32,000 bases of DNA, taken from Corynebacterium amycolatum. GTDB lineage: Bacteria; Actinomycetota; Actinomycetes; Mycobacteriales; Mycobacteriaceae. Positions 17,475-24,075 of the stretch are shown here, piece by piece. The notes beneath the pieces were generated by a model, which was given only the letters and a program-made list of their open reading frames with translations, was not told where the DNA came from and ran no database searches. The stretch lies in the NCBI RefSeq assembly GCF_049243625.1, contig NZ_CP046975.1; one strand, given 5' to 3'. Position 1 is the first letter of the stretch. Every line of letters begins with the position of its first letter. The position numbers and the translations under genes were made by a program.

Positions 17475-19247
17475 TCAGAGCAGAGCCTCGAGCTTGCGGC
17501 GGAGCTTCTTGCCGTTCGACGCGACGGGCAGCTCGTCGACCCACAGAACCCGGGAGACGGGCACCCCGGCGACGCGCATCAGCTCGGTCGTCGCGGACCG
17601 GGTCACCGCCTGTTCATCAATCGGAGGTTCATCCCCGTCCGATTGCCCGGCACCGGTCGCATCGTCGGCCTTACGATCGGTCGGGGTCCGCCTGGCCAAG
17701 AACACGGCGATCTCCTCTTCGCCCGTGGCTGGGTTGCTCCGGCCGAGAACGGCAACATCGCGGTCAAGCACATTCTCCAGCACGGCTTCCAAATCAGCCG
17801 AATAGTAATTCCGGCCGTTGACGAAGATGATGTCCTTCTTCCGGCCGAGGACGAACAACTCGCCGTCGCGGAGAATGCCCATGTCCCCCGTTGCGAACGC
17901 CCCGTCATCGGTGAGCTCGTGCTCCACGATCCCCTCTGCTGTGATCGCGGCGCGGGTCATCGGAGCGCCGGCGATGTGGATTTCACCGACGGTGCCGTCG
18001 CCGAGGACCCCGCCCCCGTCATCGCGGATGGTCAACGAGATCCCCGGGACGGCCTTGCCCAAGGCGACGAACTCAGCTCCGGACTCGCTCTCGATGTCCT
18101 CGAAACGCTGCCCCGTGGCGATGCCCGTCCGGTCAAGTCGCACCGTGGACAGACCCGAGTAGATGTCCCGGGTCGTAACCAGGAGGCAAGCTTCGGACAT
18201 TCCGTAGGCGGAGGTCAGGGCATCCTCCCGGAGGCCCATGGCGGACATCGCCGCGAGGAACTTCCGGGCCAATGGAGCGTCGATGGGTTCAGAACCGCTC
18301 ATCAGCTTCTGGACGTTGGAGAAGTCGTAACCGTGGTCATCCCCGAGGGGCCGGCGCTCGAGATAGCGCAGGAAATGCTTGAACGCGAAGTTCGGGCACA
18401 CTGTCACCGTCGGCCGGTGCCTGGTCACGGCCTCGAACCACCTCGGGGGATCGGCGACCACCTCGGAAACCGGCAGCAACACCTGGTCGTACCCACGAAA
18501 AAGGGCGTAGACGTGGAAGCCGATCAGCGAAAGGTTGTGGGTCAAAGGTAGCCACGTGAGCATCTTGTTCTCGTACCGGTGCGCGTGGCGTGGGATCGTC
18601 GCGCGCAGACCGTTCAGCACGGACTCGTTGGTTACGATGACGCCTTTTGGCGATCCCGTGGAGCCGGACGAAAACTGGATGAGGGCTTCGCCGGCCGTCC
18701 CACCTCGCACCGGGAACGCGGGGACCGCCCCGGCGCCATCCCCGGAATCCACGTCCCCCGCCTGAGAGAAGTCCGATTCAGCATCACCCGGCATCGCCGC
18801 ACCCGGTTCCGCGGCAGCGTCATTGACGATGGACACGTCGAGCAGCCGGTCCTCGCCCACGACCACGGCGCCGTTTGCGCCGGTGAGCAGCGTGTGACTG
18901 CGTTCGTCGACCAGGATCGGGGCCCCGGGCATCATGTCCGAGAGCGTCCGCACCCTGTCGACGTCAACCGGGCCCGACACCGGCGGCGCAAGCGCCGGAA
19001 CCGCGCCGGCGTAGACGCAGCCCCAGAACGCCCGGATGAGCCCGCGGTTCTCCGAAACCTGGAAGATCACGCGATCGCCGGGGCCGATGCCGGCTTCGGC
19101 CAACCGAGTCGCAGCCGCCACCGCCTCCGCATGGACCCGGCCATACGGGACGAAGACGTCCCGCCGATTCTCGACGAAGGTGATCCCCTTTTTCGTCTCA
19201 TCGGCCTTGTCCCGAAGCACGTCGCTGATGGTCCGGATCGTGTTCAT
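17475..19247 (-). CDS. Stand-alone adenylate-forming enzyme, fatty-acyl-AMP-ligase (FAAL/FadD)-like starter-unit loader
   Basis: The start is trimmed to ATG 19247, which has GAAAGAGG 6-7 nt upstream. Motifs are IQFSSGSTGSPKGV (A3), WLPLTHNLSLIGF, SAYGMSEA (A5), FATGDMG (A7), GRKKDIIFVNGRNYYSADLE (A8, FAAL-type) and SNGKKLRRK (A10). These are not the DhbE/YbtE/PchD aryl-acid ligase motifs. Confidence 0.82.
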   Translation of the reverse strand: MNTIRTISDVLRDKADETKKGITFVENRRDVFVPYGRVHAEAVAAATRLAEAGIGPGDRVIFQVSENRGLIRAFWGCVYAGAVPALAPPVSGPVDVDRVRTLSDMMPGAPILVDERSHTLLTGANGAVVVGEDRLLDVSIVNDAAAEPGAAMPGDAESDFSQAGDVDSGDGAGAVPAFPVRGGTAGEALIQFSSGSTGSPKGVIVTNESVLNGLRATIPRHAHRYENKMLTWLPLTHNLSLIGFHVYALFRGYDQVLLPVSEVVADPPRWFEAVTRHRPTVTVCPNFAFKHFLRYLERRPLGDDHGYDFSNVQKLMSGSEPIDAPLARKFLAAMSAMGLREDALTSAYGMSEACLLVTTRDIYSGLSTVRLDRTGIATGQRFEDIESESGAEFVALGKAVPGISLTIRDDGGGVLGDGTVGEIHIAGAPMTRAAITAEGIVEHELTDDGAFATGDMGILRDGELFVLGRKKDIIFVNGRNYYSADLEAVLENVLDRDVAVLGRSNPATGEEEIAVFLARRTPTDRKADDATGAGQSDGDEPPIDEQAVTRSATTELMRVAGVPVSRVLWVDELPVASNGKKLRRKLEALL

Positions 19248-19421
19248 TGGTACCTCTTTCGGTTGTCGGCGCCATGCTGGTGCCGGGCGGACCGGGCCCG
19301 CATGGCGTGACCCGGAGGATGTGTCTGAAGGGTTGAAAGGGTGAAGCAACTGGGTGGGGCGCGTCTCCGCACAAGCTCGGAAACGCTCGCGGGCCCGGGA
19401 CCCGCCGGTTCCGGGTGCCCG

Positions 19422-21734
19422 TCAAGTCACTGCGGACACCAGGGCGACGACGAAGGCCGCGGCGGACGCTGCGGCCACGAACCCGTCACGCACTCGCCAG
19501 GGGTGATCGGTGCGGAAGGTGCGCCGCGGATGGCGGCCGAAGTTGCGCATCGCCAGGGTCAGGGACAGCTTTTCGGCGCAGCGCACGGCGCTGACGAACA
19601 AGGGAAAGGCGATGCACGCGGGCGTCGTCGCGCGAATGAAGCCGGAGCGGAAAGACTGCCCCGGTCGCATCGAGCGCAATCTAATCGCCCATGTCAGATG
19701 GGGGATTTCGCTGCGCAGGAACGCCGCGATGCTCACCCCGGAAATCGCTATGGTGCACCATGTGTAGGGCACCCGGAGGCGTTGCACCATGGCGTCGAAA
19801 AGCTCCTCGACGCGCATGCACGCGGAGACCAGGACCGTCCCCGCGAACACGGCCGTCAGCAGCAGTCCGTGATGGATGCCGTGGCGGACGGCCTCCGCCG
19901 GATCCCCACCGCCGTAGAACTCGGAGCGCCACCCAAGCAGGCCGAAGAACACCCCGATCAACAGGACGAGGAGGACCTTCCCCGCCGTCGCCCGAACGTC
20001 GCGTTCCGCGATCGCAGCGAGTGCGAGGAACGCGACCCCCGTCAGCGCGAGAACGGCATCTTCGCCGGAGAGCAGCCCGGCGACGAGGACGAGCATCACC
20101 GCCGCGACAATCGTGATGGTGTTCAACCCCGCGCGCCTCCGAGCGGCGGATTCACCGGTCCAGGGGCTTTCGTCCCCGGACGTCCGTACGCCGGCCGCGG
20201 GCAGTGCGCGATCCCGCCGGGACGACTCCGGGGCAGCCGGCACGTCGGCCGCGGGACCGGACCAGGCGACCTTCCCTTCGGTGACGATGCTCGCCCGATC
20301 CGCCCACGTTCGCGCGGCACGGCGGTCGTGGCACGTGAACACAACGGTTCCGCCGGCCCCGGCGTATTCCGCTAGGGCATCCAGTACGATGCGCGAGCTC
20401 GGCGAATCCAGGTGCGCCAACGGTTCGTCGAGAAGCAGCAAACGGCGATTGGCCGCCACCGCCAGGAAGATGCCCAACCGTCTTTTCTGTCCGCCCGACA
20501 GGACGAACGGCGAGACGGGGTCAAGTGCCCGGGGGCACAGGGCTTCCCGCAGTTTCCGCAGCTCATCGGCGCCGAGTGGCCCGTGCGGGTCCGTGCCGGC
20601 CAGCGCGGAGTCGATTTCCGCGGCGACGGTCGCGCGGGTGAACTGGTGCTCGGGGTTCTGGAACGCCAACGACGCGAAGGCGTCGGGGACGCGCCGGGCA
20701 GACGCGCCGTCAATCCGGAGGTCCACTCCCGCCTTCATCTGGCCCGACAGCACCGCCAGCAAGGTGGACTTACCGGCTCCGTTGGCACCGACTAGGGCAT
20801 GAATCTCGCCCCGTTCCAGTGTCAGATCGGCCCCGTTCAGGATCCTCTCCCCGCCTCGGGTCACGTGGGTTCCGGTCAAGGCCAGCAGTGGAACGGCATC
20901 CGCCTCCGATTCCGGATTGGGACGGTCCGGCACCCCCGTGCCCGGCGTACTGGCGTCCGGCGTTCCGGCGGTCGCGGCCGTCGTCGCAATGCCCTTCACC
21001 GCGATGCCATCCGGCGCTCCGTGGGCGGCGACGCTCCCGTCCGCATCGAGGATCGTCACCGTGTCGACCCACCCGTCGAACGGGCGGAGGTCGTGCTCGA
21101 TGAGCAGGATGACGCGCCCCGGGGCCCGCAAATCACGGATGGCGGCGAACAGCGACCGGCGACCGTCCTCGTCGACGTGGGCCGCGGGCTCGTCGAAGAT
21201 CATGACCTCCGGCGCCCTGGCCACCGCACCGGCGATGGCCATCCGCTGGCGTTGCCCGCCCGACAAAGCCCACGGATCCTTCTCCGCGAGCTCTGACAGG
21301 CCGAGCTCCGATAGAGCCTCGGCTGATCGCTTGGCGACGATACCGGCTTCCACGAGGGAAAACTCGAGGGCCATGGCCACGTCATCGACGACTCGGAGCG
21401 TGAGCACCTGCGTCGCCGGGTCTTGCCCGACGAAGGTGACCAGGTCCCCGTCCACGGGGCGTTCGGTGCCGTCGGCATCGACGATGTGCACGAATCCGGC
21501 ATGGTCGATGGGGATGTGCGAGGGAATCAGTCCAGCGATGAGGTGGGCCAGGCTCGTCTTTCCGCATCCCACGGGTCCCGTGATGGCGTTGATCGTGCCG
21601 AAATCGAAGGAGAGATCCACCATGTCGGGTGCCCATCGCCCATCGGCGTGCCGCACGCCCGCGCCCCTAACCCGTAACCGGGCCGGGGCCGTCCCGCGTG
21701 TCGCACCGGCGCACGCGGGTGCTCCGCCGGTCAC
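19422..21734 (-). CDS. Fused ECF-type transporter energizing module: ATPase-ATPase-transmembrane (EcfA-EcfA'-EcfT/CbiQ-like)
   Basis: 770 aa from GTG 21734, which forms a GTGA overlap with the upstream stop. NBD1 (about nt 21030-21683) has GPVGCGKTS / LSGGQRQR / VMIFDEP / IEHD. NBD2 (about nt 20250-20888) has GANGAGKST / LSGGQKRR / LLLLDEP / TCHD. The C-terminal ~235 aa (about nt 19425-20129) are multi-pass with CbiQ/EcfT-like Arg-containing coupling helices (WAIRLRSMRPG, LTLAMRNFG). The ORF-track extension to 22118 overlaps the upstream gene. Confidence 0.8.
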   Translation of the reverse strand: MTGGAPACAGATRGTAPARLRVRGAGVRHADGRWAPDMVDLSFDFGTINAITGPVGCGKTSLAHLIAGLIPSHIPIDHAGFVHIVDADGTERPVDGDLVTFVGQDPATQVLTLRVVDDVAMALEFSLVEAGIVAKRSAEALSELGLSELAEKDPWALSGGQRQRMAIAGAVARAPEVMIFDEPAAHVDEDGRRSLFAAIRDLRAPGRVILLIEHDLRPFDGWVDTVTILDADGSVAAHGAPDGIAVKGIATTAATAGTPDASTPGTGVPDRPNPESEADAVPLLALTGTHVTRGGERILNGADLTLERGEIHALVGANGAGKSTLLAVLSGQMKAGVDLRIDGASARRVPDAFASLAFQNPEHQFTRATVAAEIDSALAGTDPHGPLGADELRKLREALCPRALDPVSPFVLSGGQKRRLGIFLAVAANRRLLLLDEPLAHLDSPSSRIVLDALAEYAGAGGTVVFTCHDRRAARTWADRASIVTEGKVAWSGPAADVPAAPESSRRDRALPAAGVRTSGDESPWTGESAARRRAGLNTITIVAAVMLVLVAGLLSGEDAVLALTGVAFLALAAIAERDVRATAGKVLLVLLIGVFFGLLGWRSEFYGGGDPAEAVRHGIHHGLLLTAVFAGTVLVSACMRVEELFDAMVQRLRVPYTWCTIAISGVSIAAFLRSEIPHLTWAIRLRSMRPGQSFRSGFIRATTPACIAFPLFVSAVRCAEKLSLTLAMRNFGRHPRRTFRTDHPWRVRDGFVAAASAAAFVVALVSAVT

Positions 21735-22372
21735 CGGGTGACCCCGCGGCTGCGAAGCCCCTTTGCGACGGCAAAGCCCAGGACCAAAAACACCAAGCTC
21801 GATGCCAAGGCTACGGCGAAGCTGATCAGGGTCATGGGAGTGGTCGGCGAGTCGACGCCGACTGCGCGCGGGGCCATCGGTCCCATCAGCGCGGAGAACA
21901 ACATCGCCGACGCCACGAACTGGGGACGCGTCCACCGCCGGTACAGGGTGACCATGAACGGAAGCTCGATGAGCAATCCTTCCATAATCAGCGCCCCGAT
22001 TGCGGCGATGCCGAACGGGGTGGTCGCCGCGGACACGACGCCCATGGCAAGGCACGCGATGAGGCTCGCGCCAAGCTTGCGGACGACGATGAGGGGAACA
22101 ACGCACTGCAGGAACCACAACCCGAGCGTCGCCGCGACGAGATAAACGTGGGCGATGCCGGCGAACACCTGCAGGTAGGTCAGGGGCACGATGATGAGAG
22201 ACCCCGCGACGCCGATTGCGGCGGCGACGAGCATGTCGCGGGTGGATGGTCGGCCACCCGCTGCGACCGGTGCGACGTGCACCAACCGCCCGTCATCCGT
22301 CTGCGACGCCACCGCGTCCCCGGCTCCCCCTCCGGAGAGGGGCTCTCCGGTCGATCCACGTTTTCCGTTCAT
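21731..22372 (-). CDS. Multi-pass membrane protein, probable ECF-transporter substrate-capture (S) component
   Basis: 213 aa with about 6 hydrophobic spans after a 45-aa Gly/Ala-rich cytoplasmic N-terminus. Its size, topology and position immediately upstream of (and translationally coupled to) a fused EcfAA'T gene fit a group-I ECF S component. The family was not recognised at sequence level. Confidence 0.6.
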   Translation of the reverse strand: MNGKRGSTGEPLSGGGAGDAVASQTDDGRLVHVAPVAAGGRPSTRDMLVAAAIGVAGSLIIVPLTYLQVFAGIAHVYLVAATLGLWFLQCVVPLIVVRKLGASLIACLAMGVVSAATTPFGIAAIGALIMEGLLIELPFMVTLYRRWTRPQFVASAMLFSALMGPMAPRAVGVDSPTTPMTLISFAVALASSLVFLVLGFAVAKGLRSRGVTR

Positions 22373-22429
22373 CGTCGCCGCCTCGCTTCCGTTGCCGGTT
22401 CCCGATCGGGAACACCACCTGAAACAGTC

Positions 22430-22448
22430 TTAGGTTAGGCAATGCTTA
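22430..22448 (-). promoter_or_regulatory. DtxR/IdeR-type iron box candidate upstream of the island operon
   Basis: The plus strand reads TTAGGTTAGGCAATGCTTA. The minus strand reads TAAGCATTGCCTAACCTAA, matching 15/19 positions of the corynebacterial DtxR consensus TTAGGTTAGCCTAACCTAA, with one half-site plus centre perfect. It lies 58-76 nt upstream of the ATG at 22372. Confidence 0.55.
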
Positions 22449-22499
22449 TCGCATTACGCCAGGCTCAATTTACTTACCTTACCCCCGCTCCCCCCCCGT

Positions 22500-23960
22500 T
22501 ACCGTGATGGTGCCCCCCTCACGGGGCGCGGCCACCAGGCCCGGCATGGCTTATCTGCGTGGATATTTCCATAATCCGGGGGTGTTGCCACCGGGCACCG
22601 GGGACAACCGCTGACAGCTAATAGGGACACGGACCAAACAGAGGTCTCGTCGTAACGTGGGTGCCTGCAACGGATGTCCAAGACACCGGCGACCAGCCGC
22701 AACAGAAGGACACCACCATGGAACCGTCCACAACACCCGACATCATCATCGGCCTCGACGTCGGCTAAACCGGCCACCATGCCTGCGCGCTGACCAACAC
22801 CGGCGAGAGAATTTACGACAAACCACTGCCCCAAGACGACGCCGCACGGCGCGAAATCTTCGCGTCCATGCAGGCCCACGGCAGCGTTGTCATGGTTGTC
22901 GATCAACCCAACACGATCGGCACCCTGCCCATCGCCGTGGCCCGCGACTGCGGTTGCACGGTCGGAGACCTCCCCGACCTAGCCATACGAAAAGCAGCCG
23001 ATCTCTACCCTGGACGATCAAAAACCGTCCGCCGGGATGCATTCATCATCGCCGACACCGCCCGCACCATGCCGCACACACTGCGGGCAGTCGACCGCGA
23101 CGACGAGACACTAGCAGCGCTGAAGATGCTCGCCGGATTCCACGACGACATCGCCAAAGACGCCACCCGAACGAAAAACCGCCTTCGCAGCGTGCTCACA
23201 CAGATTCACCCCGCACTCGAGCGCGTCTTTGCAGGCGAGATTCTCTCGCGCACGCTGGTGCTGGACTCGCTCATCCACTACGAAGGTCCGACAAAACTGA
23301 CCGCCGCAGGTCGAGGCCGGGTCCTGAAGTGGATGCGCAACCGCGCCAAGAAGGACCCTGCTGCCCTGGTTGACGCAATTTTCGCCGCCCTTGCCGAGCA
23401 AACTGTCACGGTATCCGGCACTGCAGCAGCAGAATTGGTCATTCCCAGCTGGCGGCGAACATCAAAGCGCTTCAAGCACAGCGCGACACGATCGCCGGGC
23501 AAGTCGAGGAGATGTGCGAATCGTTTTCCTCTTGCCCAGGTCTTGATGTCGATGCCCGGCGTAGGTATCAAGACCGCTTCTAACATCTTGTGGTCCATCG
23601 GCGATTGCCAGGACTTCGCCGGCGCCGCGCACTTGGCCGCTTACGTCGGCATTGCGCCGACCACCCGGCAGTCGGGTACGTCGGTTCGCGGCTAGTTTCC
23701 TACCAGGGTCGGCAATAAGCAGTTGAAAAAACGCGATGTTTCGATCGGCGTGGATCGCGTCGAACTGCCATCCCGCATCGTGCGACTACTACCTGCGTAA
23801 ACGGGCTGAAGGACAGAAGCACAATGCCGCGGTGATGTGGCTTGTCCGGAGCCGCTGCAACGTCATCTATGCCCTGTTGACTCGGCCCATGCATCCGCGC
23901 CGAAGCCGCGCAGAACCACGTCCACCAGCGGTAGGCGATAGCGGCCTCCCGCACCGAAAG
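22500..23960 (+). mobile_element. Decayed IS110-family insertion sequence (ends not defined)
   Basis: It contains a disrupted IS110-type (DEDD) transposase with about 220 nt of upstream non-coding sequence. IS110 elements lack classical terminal inverted repeats, so the boundaries are approximate. Confidence 0.55.
22718..23900 (+). pseudogene. IS110-family transposase pseudogene (2 in-frame stops, at least 3 frameshifts)
   Basis: MEPSTTPDIIIGLDVG is followed by TAA (22766-22768) where the family has Lys (GxDVGK). The same frame continues through TGHHACAL...VVMVVDQPNTIG. The conserved LAANIKALQAQRDTIAGQVEEM is out of frame (shifts near 23444 and about 23515). MPGVGIKTASNIL...AAYVGIAPTTRQSGTSVRG is followed by TAG (23693-23695). 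An A6 run (23726-23731) shifts the frame before MFRSAWIAS...KRAEGQKHNAAV...CNVIYALL. Confidence 0.85.
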
Positions 23961-24062
23961 CTCCGTCCCCTCCCCTGCCCTCCCCATCGCCTCAAACCCC
24001 ATGGTTTAGGAGGGGGAAGAGGGCGTTCGAGGGCTCAACAGCTCAAGCCCAGGACCGCCGAC

Positions 24063-24075
24063 TTACAGCTCGTCG
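24063..24075. repeat. Right copy of 13-bp direct repeat TTACAGCTCGTCG (partner at 3035-3047)
   Basis: It is identical to the 13-mer at 3035-3047. It coincides with the stop codon and the last four codons of gapB (reverse complement CGACGAGCTGTAA). Confidence 0.45.

Noticed and set aside
19385-19421. A GC-rich imperfect inverted repeat (GGGACCCG-CCGGTTC-CGGGTGCCC) just after the ECF fusion gene, considered as a terminator.
   Set aside because: The stem is imperfect and no U-tract follows on the minus strand. It cannot be distinguished from background GC-rich self-complementarity.
19198-19425. A 75-aa minus-strand ORF in the ECF-FAAL intergenic region, considered as a possible MbtH-like protein.
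   Set aside because: It overlaps the FAAL start, lacks the MbtH signature (conserved Trp/Pro pattern, NxExQxSxWP) and is Pro/Arg/Gly-rich. It is spurious.
3310-20375. Many long plus-strand ORFs inside the island. Examples: 3310-4989 (559 aa), 5016-6596 (526 aa), 9197-10186, 11051-12037, 13967-15469 (500 aa), 16895-17821, 17247-18551 (434 aa), 19341-20375.
   Set aside because: All lie antisense to well-supported minus-strand genes. Their translations are low-complexity Arg/Gly/Pro/His-rich strings with no recognisable motifs. They are the expected shadow ORFs of very high-GC3 coding sequence.
4896-22118. Long N-terminal extensions in the ORF track: 4896-6962, 6671-7798, 7462-8268, 8196-9434, 17475-19349, 19422-22118.
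   Set aside because: Each extension overlaps the 3' part of the upstream gene in another frame and is Arg-rich with no domain content. In each case an ATG/GTG forming a 4-nt overlap with the upstream stop (or with a good SD, for the FAAL gene) precedes the conserved N-terminus. The starts were trimmed accordingly.
22373-22500. A TPP (THI-box) riboswitch upstream of the S-component-like gene. One would be expected if the ECF genes were a YkoEDC-type thiamine-precursor importer.
   Set aside because: I read the minus strand of this leader. It lacks the conserved CUGAGA and ACCUGAUCUGGAUAAUGCCAGCG-type blocks. A DtxR-like box is present instead. A cmsearch with RF00059 would be the decisive check.
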